A stretch of 64,000 bases of DNA from Polyangiales bacterium (GCA_038231275.1 JBBRLQ010000019.1:1-64000), one strand, 5' to 3'. Shown: positions 1 through 9,878, counted from the stretch's first letter. The notes: generated by a model not told the origin, from the sequence alone. Translations and numbers: made by a program.

Positions 1-72
1 CACCGCCCTCAGCAGCTCCACCGCCGCCCCATACGCCCGCAATTTATGATGAGGCAAACTGTACGTCGTCAT
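1..72 (-). CDS. 5' end of a probable four-helix-bundle protein (23S rRNA IVS protein / bAvd-like family), truncated by the window edge
   Basis: Hand translation from ATG at 72: MTTYSLPHHKLRAYGAAVELLRAV; GGAGG 6 nt upstream (79-83). The N-terminus resembles the HxxLxxYxxAxxL start of four-helix-bundle proteins. Only 24 codons are visible. Confidence 0.55.
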   Translation of the reverse strand, partial: MTTYSLPHHKLRAYGAAVELLRAV

Positions 73-129
73 CAGGAACCTCCATTCACCTCGCCGCCCG
101 AAGGGCGGTGGAGGTTCCTGATGACGACG
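64..129. promoter_or_regulatory. Perfect 21-bp inverted repeat (64-84 / 109-129) with inner hairpin, covering the RBS and start codon of the edge gene
   Basis: CGTCGTCATCAGGAACCTCCA ... TGGAGGTTCCTGATGACGACG; inner CCGCCC-GAA-GGGCGG at 94-108. Confidence 0.85.
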
Positions 130-230
130 CACTGTGTATCCCACGCAGCGAGGCACTCATGCGGCGCGCGCCCCCCGGCTCCACGAGCATCGCAAGCCCA
201 AGTGCCAGCGTAGCTGGCGCGGGCTTGCTC

Positions 231-398
<168 letters not shown>

Positions 399-551
399 GG
401 CTTGCATCGCGCGCGCACGGGCTTGGTTCGCCGGAGAAAGAAGGGGGGCGAGGGGCGCCTCGGGGCTTCCTCGGTGGCTCGCGCCACCTGGAATGACATG
501 AGAAGCCCCCGGCCGCGTTCCATCCTACGTGGTCGTGGTCGCGGTCGCCGG

Positions 552-896
552 TCACTCCGGATAGTGACTCAACCCCACCCTTCGCCCATCCGGATCCCTC
601 ACGTACACCGTGAACCCCGTCTCGTCCTCCACCACGATCCCCGCCGCCCGCAGCCGTTGCGTGCACTCTACACGCTCCCCCTTCGCGATCCCGAACGCGA
701 CCATCTCCATCGTCCCCTCCGCCACCGCCGGCTCGCCCTCCGCCGCGAGCTCCAGCATCACGATCGCGTCGCCCGCCGCGAGCCACGTGCTGCGCGTCCC
801 GTCGCGGCGTGAGACCGTCAGCCCCAGCGCGCCGACGTAAAAGGCCTCCAGCCTCGGCAGGTCGGCCGTTCGCAGCGCGACATGATGGATGCGCAT
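552..896 (-). CDS. VOC/glyoxalase family protein
   Basis: MRIHHVALRTADL..FY..LG and C-terminal YVRDPDG motif. Confidence 0.85.
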   Translation of the reverse strand: MRIHHVALRTADLPRLEAFYVGALGLTVSRRDGTRSTWLAAGDAIVMLELAAEGEPAVAEGTMEMVAFGIAKGERVECTQRLRAAGIVVEDETGFTVYVRDPDGRRVGLSHYPE

Positions 897-945
897 GAGG
901 GCGCTCAAGCTAGCAGCCGCCCGGGACTGTGATAAGCCCGCGGGT

Positions 946-1956
946 ATGCCCGAGCCGCACGCTCCCGCTTCCCCCGCGAGCACCCGCGTCGTCGTCGCGA
1001 CCCATGGGCACTGCTTCGACGGCATGTGCTCCGCCGCGCTGTTCACGCGCCTCCTCCGTCACCTCCATCCGGAGCAGCGCTTCACGTTCGAGTACCACGG
1101 CCTCGGGTACGGACCAGGGCAGAACGGCGTCGATCCGAAGCTCCTCGACGGCGACGTGAACGCCGTCCTCGACTTCCGCTTCTCGACGTCGCCAAAGCTG
1201 ACCTGGTACTTCGACCACCACGTGAGCGCGTTCCCGTCGCCGGAGGATCGCACCACCTACGACGCCCGTGCCGCGACGAACGGCGGCGAGCGCCACGTCT
1301 TCCACGACGGCGCCTACGGATCGTGCACGAAGCTCATCACCGACGTCGGCGCGGCGCGCTTCGGCCTCGATCCCGCGCCGCTCGCTGAGCTCGTTCGCTG
1401 GGCGGACATGATCGACACCGCCTCCTTCCCGAGCGCGAAAATGGCCGTGGATCGCGCCGAGCCGGTGCTCCAGCTCATGACCGTCGTCGAGCACATGGGC
1501 GACGACGCGTTCCTCTCCAAGATGGTCCCGCGCCTCTTGGAGGAGCCCATCGCCGACGTCGCGCGCGGCGACGACATCGCGACGGCCTTCGCGCCGCTCT
1601 ACGAAGGGCACAAGGCTTTCGTCGAGCTCGTGCGCGGACACACCGAACAAGTGGGGGACGTCGTCCTCGTCGATCTGACGGACACGCTGCTCGAGGTCGC
1701 GGGAAAGTTCGTGACCTACGCGCTCTATCCCGACAGCGCCTACTCGGTCATGGTCTCGCGCGGGAAGGGGAAGCTCAAGATCAGCATCGGCTTCAACCCG
1801 TGGTGCAACAAAACGAGGACGCACAACATCGCGAAGATCTGCGAGCGGTACGGGGGAGGCGGACATCCCGTCGTCGGCGCCATCTCGCTCCCTGTCGACA
1901 AGGTCGACGACGCCAAGAAGCTCGCGCGGGAGCTCGCACGAGAGCTCGCCACGTGA
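946..1956 (+). CDS. DHH/DHHA1 family phosphoesterase
   Basis: CFDG, LDF, FDHH and C-terminal YGGGGH motifs. Confidence 0.8.
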   Translation: MPEPHAPASPASTRVVVATHGHCFDGMCSAALFTRLLRHLHPEQRFTFEYHGLGYGPGQNGVDPKLLDGDVNAVLDFRFSTSPKLTWYFDHHVSAFPSPEDRTTYDARAATNGGERHVFHDGAYGSCTKLITDVGAARFGLDPAPLAELVRWADMIDTASFPSAKMAVDRAEPVLQLMTVVEHMGDDAFLSKMVPRLLEEPIADVARGDDIATAFAPLYEGHKAFVELVRGHTEQVGDVVLVDLTDTLLEVAGKFVTYALYPDSAYSVMVSRGKGKLKISIGFNPWCNKTRTHNIAKICERYGGGGHPVVGAISLPVDKVDDAKKLARELARELAT

Positions 1957-1974
1957 GCAGCTCGTGAGCACGAC

Positions 1975-2694
1975 GTGAGCACGTTCGCGGGGGGAAGAGC
2001 CCGCCCGGTCGTCGTCGGACACCGCGGTGGTCGCGGCGAAGGGTGGCCCGCAGAAAATACGCTCGAGTCGTTTGCGCGAGGGGTGAGCGAAGGGGCCGAG
2101 GCCATCGAGCTCGACGTGAGGACGTGCGCCACCGGCGAGGCGGTCGTCTTCCACGACGCGGACCTCGGGCGAATGACACGCGCCGAAGACACACGCAGCG
2201 TCGCCAAAGTCACCATGCGCGATCTCGTTCGTGTTCGTCTCGTCGGCGGTCTCCGCGTCCCGACGCTCCTCGAGGTGCTCGACTGGGCGAAGGCGCGGTG
2301 CGCCGTGAACGTGGAGCTGAAGCGCGATGTGCCGAGCCGGACGACGCTCGCGCGCGCGGTTGGCAAGAACGTCCGCGAGGCGCGGGCCGACGTCCTCCTC
2401 TCGTCGTTCGATCCGTACCTCCTCACCACGATGCGCGCGCTCGCCCCGCGGACGCCGCGGGCCTACTTGACGCTGCCCGACACGCGCCTCGTGTTCCCGC
2501 CGCTTGGCCTCCACGCCGTTCACCTCGCGCGGCAAGACGCGACCGCCGACAACGTTGCGCTCGCAAAGGGGCGGGGCCTAAAGATCGGCGTCTGGACCGT
2601 GAACGAGGACGAGGAGGCTCGAAATCTCGGGCGCCTGGGCGTCGACTGGCTGATCACCGACGCGCCCGCGGTCCTCCGCGCAGCGCTCGGCTGA
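1975..2694 (+). CDS. Glycerophosphodiester phosphodiesterase
   Basis: GHRGG, ENT, IELDV, FHD, VELK, WTVN, ITD motifs. Confidence 0.9.
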   Translation: MSTFAGGRARPVVVGHRGGRGEGWPAENTLESFARGVSEGAEAIELDVRTCATGEAVVFHDADLGRMTRAEDTRSVAKVTMRDLVRVRLVGGLRVPTLLEVLDWAKARCAVNVELKRDVPSRTTLARAVGKNVREARADVLLSSFDPYLLTTMRALAPRTPRAYLTLPDTRLVFPPLGLHAVHLARQDATADNVALAKGRGLKIGVWTVNEDEEARNLGRLGVDWLITDAPAVLRAALG

Positions 2695-2735
2695 ACGTCG
2701 CTGGCCGTCGGCGGAGCGCGCCGTGACGATGCGCC

Positions 2736-3632
2736 TCAATCGCACCGCACCGGCACGGCCGGCAACCCCGCCGGCGCCGCCTGTACGAACACCCCCTCCG
2801 GCAGCGGCGGGTTCCACGTCACGCCGTCGTACGTGAACACCACCTCTTCGTCCTGCATCGGAACGTCGACCTCGATCTTGCGCGGCAGCTCGGCGTTGCA
2901 TTTCGGCCCGCTCGGCGGCATCGGTGCGTCGATTCCGTCCGCGTCGACGCGCTCTTTCGCCATCGGCGTGGGCGTGTGTCCGTCGAGCTTCGCGTCGTAG
3001 AGGACGTCGCCGTACTGCCGCACGGTCACGCGCAAGAGTCGCAAGCGCTGCTCGCCCCACGGCTTGCCGAGATCGGAGGGGTGCGGAGTCAGGTGGATCT
3101 CCTGCGTGGCGTCGCGCGTGCTGGGGATGGTCACGACGTAGTACCCGCTGCCGCTCCACGAGATCGTCCCCGCGCTCGCCTCGTGCTTCAGGATGGGCGC
3201 TTGCCCTCGGAGGAGGCTGACGAGCGCGTGTCCGGGGATCGGCACCTGCGTGAGGCGCGCGATGTTGCATGCGCTCGCCGGTCCGAAGAGAAAGCGCTTC
3301 TCGCGCAGATCCGTCAGGGCGAAGCGCTCGCCGTCGCTCGTGAGCGTCGCGAGCTGGACGTTGAACGAGCTGATGACGTCCATCCGCAAGCGCGCGGGGC
3401 TCGACGCGATCATGAGGAGGTCCGCGCGTACGCGCCCCTGTGGCCCGAAGAAGTCGATCTTGGCGTTGGCCTGCACGCCGGTGCCGCAGTCCGCCGACGC
3501 CTTCATCCTCTCGATCGCCGCCGCCGCGCTCGGGAGCGGCGACGCGGGTGGCGGCATCGGGCAGCCGGCGAGGGAAGCGACGAGGATGGCGCACTGCGCC
3601 ATGACGATGACCGAGCGCGTGACCGAGGGCAT
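2736..3632 (-). CDS. Lipoprotein, possibly LolB/DUF4292-like
   Basis: Lipobox LAGC; beta-rich body (RLRMDVISSF..LATLTSDGERFALTD); GGAG upstream of the ATG. Confidence 0.6.
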   Translation of the reverse strand: MPSVTRSVIVMAQCAILVASLAGCPMPPPASPLPSAAAAIERMKASADCGTGVQANAKIDFFGPQGRVRADLLMIASSPARLRMDVISSFNVQLATLTSDGERFALTDLREKRFLFGPASACNIARLTQVPIPGHALVSLLRGQAPILKHEASAGTISWSGSGYYVVTIPSTRDATQEIHLTPHPSDLGKPWGEQRLRLLRVTVRQYGDVLYDAKLDGHTPTPMAKERVDADGIDAPMPPSGPKCNAELPRKIEVDVPMQDEEVVFTYDGVTWNPPLPEGVFVQAAPAGLPAVPVRCD

Positions 3633-3903
3633 GAGGGCTCCCGAGCAGGATGGGCGGGCGTGGGGGAAGGCTGGAGGCGATGGAGGGGATGTCCGAAAAG
3701 CGGACAGTCGAGGTCCCGCACTGTCAACGAAACGTGACACTGCTAGGCCGCGATTCCGCGGGAAAATAGGGGCGCCGCATTGGCCCTCGAGTTGCGTAGG
3801 CGCGTAGGCATGACGACCGCGACCCAGGGCGCCGGCACGCTGTAACGGCGGGCCGCGACCACGACACCTCGAGAATCGACGCGCGCTCCTTTGCGAGGCC
3901 TCT

Positions 3904-4179
3904 TCACGGCTTCTGCTTGGGGGTAGTGGTCAGGATCTTCGCGCCCGGGATTTTGTCCACGGGGAGCGACTTGGCGTCGTGGGTGTAGAGCTCGGTGAAG
4001 CCGCAGCTCCGGCAGACGTACGCCTGAATCTTCCCCATCTCGTTGTCGTCCTTCCAGTCGTAATGCACGACGTGGACGACGAGGGGGCGGACGTTGTTCT
4101 TGTCGTCGCGATCGGCGATTTGCGGGACGAACAGAATCTCGTGATGGCCGCACTTCGGGCAGTTGCTCGCGGTCTTCAT
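3904..4179 (-). CDS. Small zinc-ribbon protein
   Basis: CPKCG ... CRSCGFTELY; ATGA overlap with the upstream Nudix gene. Confidence 0.75.
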   Translation of the reverse strand: MKTASNCPKCGHHEILFVPQIADRDDKNNVRPLVVHVVHYDWKDDNEMGKIQAYVCRSCGFTELYTHDAKSLPVDKIPGAKILTTTPKQKP

Positions 4180-4619
4180 GGGGTCTTTCTATCACGCGTG
4201 AGCGCAACGGCGCGCGCGATGACAACGCACGCGTCCGGTGAAACCGCCAGGGTCGCGAGATCTTCCTCGGCCGCCCAGATTGCCTCGGCAGCGTCGTCGC
4301 TGGGGCGGAGCGTCGCGCCGTCGTGCGAGGGCGAGAGTCGGCAGAGATGCTCGTGGATCGCGTAGGTGCGATCGGGCGTTCGGAGCTCGAACGTCTCGAG
4401 GAAGGCGACGACGTCGACCGCGAGCCCCGTCTCCTCCTCTACTTCGCGACGAACCGCCTGCTCGAGCGTCTCGCCGGGCTCGACGTGGCCGCCGGGGAGC
4501 GTCCATGAGCCCTTCGCGGGCGGCCGGGCCCTCTGGATGAGCAGCACCTGCCATGCCCGCGGCCCGCTCGCCGCGCGAAGGACCACCGCGCCGACGGCGT
4601 CGACCGTGCCTTTTGCCAC
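4176..4619 (-). CDS. Nudix hydrolase
   Basis: Nudix box GGHVEPGETLEQAVRREVEEETGL; GTG start preceded by TACACT at 6 nt. Confidence 0.9.
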   Translation of the reverse strand: MAKGTVDAVGAVVLRAASGPRAWQVLLIQRARPPAKGSWTLPGGHVEPGETLEQAVRREVEEETGLAVDVVAFLETFELRTPDRTYAIHEHLCRLSPSHDGATLRPSDDAAEAIWAAEEDLATLAVSPDACVVIARAVALTRDRKTP

Positions 4620-4650
4620 GCACGTAGTGTACAGACTTTCAGGACGTCGC

Positions 4651-5859
4651 ATGCTCGTCGCACCGCTCGAAGAAGACTGGCAGGCCGCGATCGCGAAGGT
4701 GCTCGCGGCGCACGGATTTCCTGCGCTCCACGAGACGGCGCGGCTCGGGCCGCTGCTCACGAAGCTGAGCGACGCGTACAACACGCGGGGCGTCGCCTCG
4801 CGCGACCTGCTCCCAGCGCGCCTCGCGTTCTCCTTCGCGCGCGACGTACCGAAGGCGGCCGGCGCGGTCCGCGAGCTGGTTGGCGCCGGCAAGCTCGCTC
4901 TCCCCCAAGACCGCGCGCTTCGCGTGCTCGATCTCGGCGCGGGCCTCGGCGCGACGACGTGGGGCGTGGCGCGCGCGCTCGAAGCCGCGGGCCAACGCGG
5001 GGAGATCGACGCCACGTGGGTCGACACGGACGCGGCGGCGATGGCGCTCGGGCTCGAGCTCACGCGGGCGAGAGGAGATGGCGCCGTGCGTGTGCGCGCG
5101 CGGACGATCGCCGGGAGCGATCCGCCGCGCGGTGGGCCGCCGTTCGATCTGGTCCTCCTCGGACAGGTGCTGAGCGAGCTCGATCGCGGCGCCTCCGCGG
5201 AGGAGCGCGTCACCCGGCACGCCGCCAAGCTGCGCACGCTGCTCGGTGGTCGCGTGGCTCCGGACGGCGCTCTCGTCGTCATCGAGCCTGCGCTTCGCGA
5301 CCGAACGCGCCACCTCCACGCCGTGCGCGATCGGGTCCTCGCCGACGCTGCGGCCGAGCGCGAGGCGCTGAACGTCTTCGCGCCCTGCCTCCACGCCGGC
5401 GCGTGCCCGGCGTTGGCGGCCGAGGGGGACTGGTGTCACGAAGACCTGCCCGTCGATCTCCCGTCGTGGCTGACGCCGGTCGCGCGGGCGGCGGGCCTCC
5501 GCTGGCAAGGGCTGACGTTCAGCTACCTGGTCCTTCGAAGAGACGGCGCGAGCCTCGCCGCCCGCGGGTTTCCGCTGCGCGTGATCAGCGGTTCGCTCGT
5601 GTCGAAAGGGAAGCGGGAGCTCTTCCTCTGCGCGCCGCCGCTCCCGGACGCGGTGGGGGAGCCGCCGGCCGCCGCGCGCCTGCGGGTGCAGCGCCTCGAT
5701 CGCCACGCGACGGAGGCGAACGCGGCGTGGGACGACCTCGGCCGTGGCGATCTCGTCGGCCTGTCCCCGCCTCCAGAGCTCCCTGCCGATCCGGCCAGGG
5801 GCGTTGCCAAGATCGGCGCAGCGACGCGAGTTGACGTGGCCCTCGCGAAGGAATACTGA
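4651..5859 (+). CDS. Rsm22/METTL17-like SAM-dependent methyltransferase
   Basis: VLDLGAGLG, VIEP, APCLHAGACP..DWCH and FSYLVLRR motifs. Confidence 0.8.
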   Translation: MLVAPLEEDWQAAIAKVLAAHGFPALHETARLGPLLTKLSDAYNTRGVASRDLLPARLAFSFARDVPKAAGAVRELVGAGKLALPQDRALRVLDLGAGLGATTWGVARALEAAGQRGEIDATWVDTDAAAMALGLELTRARGDGAVRVRARTIAGSDPPRGGPPFDLVLLGQVLSELDRGASAEERVTRHAAKLRTLLGGRVAPDGALVVIEPALRDRTRHLHAVRDRVLADAAAEREALNVFAPCLHAGACPALAAEGDWCHEDLPVDLPSWLTPVARAAGLRWQGLTFSYLVLRRDGASLAARGFPLRVISGSLVSKGKRELFLCAPPLPDAVGEPPAAARLRVQRLDRHATEANAAWDDLGRGDLVGLSPPPELPADPARGVAKIGAATRVDVALAKEY

Positions 5860-5867
5860 CCCGGACC

Positions 5868-6530
5868 ATGCGAGGCCTTTACGCGATCGTCGACATGTCG
5901 GTGCTGCGTGCAAAGGGACTCGATCCGGTGGCGTTCGCGCGCGCCGTCCTCGCGTCGCGCCCGGCGGCCCTCCAGCTCCGCGCGAAGGACCTCTCCTCCC
6001 GCGAGGCGCTCTCCCTCCTACGCGCGCTCGCGCCGGTGTGCCGCGGGGTGGGCGTTCCGCTCGTCGCCAACGATCGACCCGATCTCGCCGTCCTCGCCGG
6101 TTGCGACATGGTCCACCTCGGCCAAGACGACGTTCCGCCGGAGCTCGCGCGCCGCATCGCGCCGCGCCTCGGCATCGGCATCTCGACGCACACGCCCGAG
6201 CAGCTCGCGCGCGCCCTCGACGCGAAGCCCTCGTACGTCGCGTACGGGCCCATCTTCTCGACGACGTCGAAGGTGAACCCGTCTCCGATCGTCGGGCTCG
6301 CGGGTCTCCGTGACGCGGCGCGCGCCGCCGAGAGGGCAGGCATTCCGCTGGTCGCGATCGGCGGGATCGATCTGGCGCGCGCAGCGGAGGTCGGTCGCGT
6401 GGTGCCGTGCGCCGCCGTCATCGCCGGTCTCATCGCGGACGTCGTCGACGTGGCGGGCGTCGCCGAGCGCGCGCGCCTGTTCAGCGCGGCGCTCCGCGCA
6501 GGCGCCGAGCCGGCCGAGGCTCACGCGTGA
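5868..6530 (+). CDS. thiE: Thiamine-phosphate synthase
   Basis: QLRAK, ND, HLGQDD, GISTH, GPIFSTTSK, VAIGGI. Confidence 0.92.
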   Translation: MRGLYAIVDMSVLRAKGLDPVAFARAVLASRPAALQLRAKDLSSREALSLLRALAPVCRGVGVPLVANDRPDLAVLAGCDMVHLGQDDVPPELARRIAPRLGIGISTHTPEQLARALDAKPSYVAYGPIFSTTSKVNPSPIVGLAGLRDAARAAERAGIPLVAIGGIDLARAAEVGRVVPCAAVIAGLIADVVDVAGVAERARLFSAALRAGAEPAEAHA

Positions 6531-7216
6531 GCTTGATCGTCACGTCCGTCCTCGTGGCGGGCGGCGTGCTCCTCGGCAGGTGGATCGCGCGCGGCGGCCG
6601 TGCGGACGCGCCACGCGGGGGCAAGGGAACGGACGCGGCGGTGCCGACCGAAGGGGTCGCGTCGCCCGGCGAGCCCGCCGCGGACCTGGGAGGAGACGTG
6701 AAGGAATCGCCGAAGCCGACGAAGAAGGCCGCACCCGAGCAGGACCTCTTCGAGGGGATGCCGTGCACGCTCGGCGACGTGGTCATGCGCGGCAACGACG
6801 AGGCGTGGCTCGCGGGCTGCGTGGTCTTCGTAGAGGATCACCCGGTGAGCGCTCTCTTCGTGGCCCCCGACGTCGGCGGCGGCCGCGCGATCTACGCCCG
6901 CGCGCGCCCGAGCACCGAGCTCTTCTGGCTCGAGCCGGTCCCGGTCGGCGAGGTCGTCGTCGGCGCCGAGCCACCGACCTCGCTCGAGCACGCCGGCGTT
7001 CGGTACGATCGCCTGCGCCGCCTCCCCGTCAAGGTGAAGCGCGCGGGCTCCGGCGCCCCCGACGTCGGCGATCAGGTCATCGTCGCCGAGTACGCGACGA
7101 GCGGCTTCGAGCGCCTCGTCGTGGTCACCGGCGCCGGCAGCGCGCGCGTTTGGGCAGGCAGCGTCCTCGAAGAGGGGATGTACGAGGTCCTTCCGTCGGG
7201 GAAGTCGACCCTCTGA
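6527..7216 (+). CDS. Hypothetical membrane-anchored protein (DUF4178-like?)
   Basis: GTGA overlap with the thiE stop; N-terminal hydrophobic segment; typical codon bias. Confidence 0.6.
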   Translation: MSLIVTSVLVAGGVLLGRWIARGGRADAPRGGKGTDAAVPTEGVASPGEPAADLGGDVKESPKPTKKAAPEQDLFEGMPCTLGDVVMRGNDEAWLAGCVVFVEDHPVSALFVAPDVGGGRAIYARARPSTELFWLEPVPVGEVVVGAEPPTSLEHAGVRYDRLRRLPVKVKRAGSGAPDVGDQVIVAEYATSGFERLVVVTGAGSARVWAGSVLEEGMYEVLPSGKSTL

Positions 7217-7235
7217 TTCGGAGCCGGGCTCAGAA

Positions 7236-8003
7236 TCAGAGCCCGAGCTCGCGCACGACATCCTCGCGCTGAACGGGGCCGCCGTGGCCCAAGTAGAACG
7301 TCTCGACGCCCTGGCTCACCAGCGTCGCCACGTTCCGGCGGTTCTGCGCGGCGTCGGCCTGGTAGTAGTGCTCGCCGGGCGTGCGCGCGAAGAGCATTCC
7401 GCCGAGCGCGCCGCCGAGCATCTGATCGCCGACGAACGCCGCGTGGTTGGAGAGCACCACGACGAGGGAGCCCGGGGTGTGTCCGGGCATCTGAACGACC
7501 TGCCCGGTGATGCCCCACGGCGCGAGATCGAGGGGCGCGCTCACGGCGCGATCGGGCCTGAACTCCGGAAAATTCGGGGGGATCGTGGGCTTGAGGAGAC
7601 CTGCGACGAAGCTCGTGGGCTTCAGATCGTCGTTGCGCCCGCGCTCGGCCTGCGCGACGTCTCCTTCGCCGAGGACGATCTGCGCGCCCGTTCGCTGGCG
7701 GAGATCGGCGGCCAGGCCTGCGTGGTCGGCGTGCGCGTGCGTCACGATCACGAGGCGAAGGTCGCGCATCGTGACGCCGTTCTCGAGCAGCTGGCGCTCG
7801 AGCTCGGGCATGTCGCCGTACGTGCCGGCGTCCACGAGCACGGGCGTCCTCGTCTTGATGAGGTACGCGTTCGAGAGGCGCAGCGGAATCTGGACGATCT
7901 CGGCCCCCTCCGCGGTGCGCCCGACGACACGCGGCGCGCACCCGCTCGCGCACGCGCACGCGAAGGCGACGGTCACGGCCACGAAGGTGCCGCGCGCGCT
8001 CAT
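7236..8003 (-). CDS. MBL-fold metallo-hydrolase, predicted lipoprotein
   Basis: THAHADH, PGHTPGS, GD, GHG; lipobox ASGC; overlaps the holB stop. Confidence 0.88.
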   Translation of the reverse strand: MSARGTFVAVTVAFACACASGCAPRVVGRTAEGAEIVQIPLRLSNAYLIKTRTPVLVDAGTYGDMPELERQLLENGVTMRDLRLVIVTHAHADHAGLAADLRQRTGAQIVLGEGDVAQAERGRNDDLKPTSFVAGLLKPTIPPNFPEFRPDRAVSAPLDLAPWGITGQVVQMPGHTPGSLVVVLSNHAAFVGDQMLGGALGGMLFARTPGEHYYQADAAQNRRNVATLVSQGVETFYLGHGGPVQREDVVRELGL

Positions 8004-9004
8004 ACGGCGCGCATCCGCGCGAGCATCGACTCGACGACGAGCTGCGCCGAGGCGTTCCCGTCCAGCTCCTCCATCGCCGCCAGCGCGAGCGAGTAGCGCG
8101 CCGCGCAGGTCGCCGCCTCGCGCCCCGGCTCGCCGACCGACGCCGACCCCTTCGCGCCGAGCGCGCTCGCCAGCGCGGCGATCCGTACTGGCAGCGCTTC
8201 CTTCGCCTTCTTCGCGTCCTCGGCCAAGTCGAGCGCGAGGCCCATGTCCGGCGACGCGATCGCGCGCATCGCGGTATCGACGAAGGCCACGCGGCGCTCG
8301 CTCTCCTCGGGATCGGCGAGGCCCAGCGCCACCTCGACGCTCCCGCCCGCGAGGCGCGCGATCTCCGCCGCCCGAGCCGCCTCGACGGCGCGTCCGAGCA
8401 AGATCGTCCGAACCGTGTCGTCGGGAAGGCTCGCGAACCGCACCCGCTGCGTGCGCGAGAGGATCGTCGGCAGGAGGAGGCTCGCCTGCGCCGAGAGCAG
8501 CACGAAGTGCGTCCGTTGCCCCGGCTCTTCCAGCGTCTTCAGGAGCGCGTTCGCGGCCGGGACGCTCATCTCTTCGGCGCGGCGGATCACGAACACCTTC
8601 GCACGCCCCTCGTGTGGCCCGTACGCCGCGCGCGCGAGCACCAGCGTGCGCACCTGATCGATCGAGATGTCTTGCGACTCGTCGGTGCGCCGCCCGATTT
8701 GCGCCGCGTCGTACAGACCGCGCTCGAGGACCACGACGTCGGGATGCACCGGGCGCCGCGTCTCCTCGCGCGGCACCGCACGCGTGCACGCGCTGCACGT
8801 CCCGCACGCGCGATCGCCGCCTTCCTTGCGCGTCTCGCAGACGAGCGCCTGCGCCAGCCCGAACGCGGCGAGCTCCTTCCCGACGCCGGCAGGCCCGTCG
8901 AAGAGGTAGGCGTGATGCACACGCCCGCTCTGGAGCGCCCGGCGCAGTGTCGACACCGCAGTGTCCTGCGCGAGGACGGCGTCGAGGAGCGGCGTGGGCG
9001 GCAT
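8000..9004 (-). CDS. holB: DNA polymerase III subunit delta'
   Basis: HAYLFDGPAGVGK, zinc motif CGTCSAC, HPD, ANALLKTLEEP, LLPTILSR. Confidence 0.93.
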   Translation of the reverse strand: MPPTPLLDAVLAQDTAVSTLRRALQSGRVHHAYLFDGPAGVGKELAAFGLAQALVCETRKEGGDRACGTCSACTRAVPREETRRPVHPDVVVLERGLYDAAQIGRRTDESQDISIDQVRTLVLARAAYGPHEGRAKVFVIRRAEEMSVPAANALLKTLEEPGQRTHFVLLSAQASLLLPTILSRTQRVRFASLPDDTVRTILLGRAVEAARAAEIARLAGGSVEVALGLADPEESERRVAFVDTAMRAIASPDMGLALDLAEDAKKAKEALPVRIAALASALGAKGSASVGEPGREAATCAARYSLALAAMEELDGNASAQLVVESMLARMRAV

Positions 9005-9123
9005 GGCCTTCAGGCGTTATCAAAGGGGGACCGTCGTGGCAACGGGCAGCCCGACGCACCGAGTCGCAGCGAATTTCACGAACGCCGGGGCTTCATGTCA
9101 CCCTCGCCAAAAGGAGAGTCATC

Positions 9124-9774
9124 ATGAAATCATCGGCCCTAGGAACGCTCGCGCCCTTGGCTGCCGCCGCGTTCGTCGCCCTGGTCGCGTCCCCCGCGGC
9201 CGCAGCAGAAGGCGGCGAGAAAGAGTTCGGCAACCCCGGCGTCATCGCCGTCGACGCGGTCACGAGCCTCAATTTCAGCTACACGAGCACGTCACGACCG
9301 AACGGCGCTCCGTCGACCAGCCTCGTCGGCTTCGGCATCGAGCCCCAGGCGCACTACTTCGTCATCGAGGGGCTCAGCGTCGGCGGCAACGTGCACTTCA
9401 ACTACTCCAAGCCCAAGGACGGCGACGGAATCACGAACATCGGTCTCGGCCCGATCGTCGGGTACAACCTGTGGGTCAGCCCGGGGCTCCTGTCGTTGTG
9501 GCCGCAAGCCGGCATCTTCTACGACTCCTCGTCGATCTCACTCACGAGCACCGGCGCGAACGGAACCACTTCGTCGACCAGCGTCACGCAGTCGAAGTTC
9601 TCGATCGGGATTTTCGCGCCGCTCCTCATCCATCCGGTGAAGCACTTCCACTTCGGCATCGGGCCCTTCTTCAAGCTCGATCTGTCGAGCAGTGTCTCCG
9701 GCTCCGGTCAGTCGGCGGACGGGGACAAGGACCTCTCCGTGGGCATCAAGGGCGAGATCGGCGGCTGGCTCTGA
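9124..9774 (+). CDS. Outer-membrane beta-barrel protein
   Basis: Signal peptide ending PAAA; alternating amphipathic strands; aromatic C-terminus GGWL. Confidence 0.75.
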   Translation: MKSSALGTLAPLAAAAFVALVASPAAAAEGGEKEFGNPGVIAVDAVTSLNFSYTSTSRPNGAPSTSLVGFGIEPQAHYFVIEGLSVGGNVHFNYSKPKDGDGITNIGLGPIVGYNLWVSPGLLSLWPQAGIFYDSSSISLTSTGANGTTSSTSVTQSKFSIGIFAPLLIHPVKHFHFGIGPFFKLDLSSSVSGSGQSADGDKDLSVGIKGEIGGWL

Positions 9775-9878
9775 GAATCCCCGTGGGCGGGGCCTGGCCA
9801 ATCGAGTGACCGCCCCGCCCGCGCTCCTCAAGGGCGCCGCGGCCACGCATCTCGCGCAAACGACGCACAGCAAGACGA

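Noticed and set aside
121..213. 30-codon + strand ORF with GGAGG (MTTHCVSHAARH...)
   Set aside because: Its RBS and ATG are simply the right arm of the inverted repeat, and codon usage is poor; it cannot be fully excluded.
7236..9774. Long ORFs 7236-9059 and 7507-9774 as single proteins
   Set aside because: The extensions overlap holB in other frames; credible starts are 8003 and 9124.
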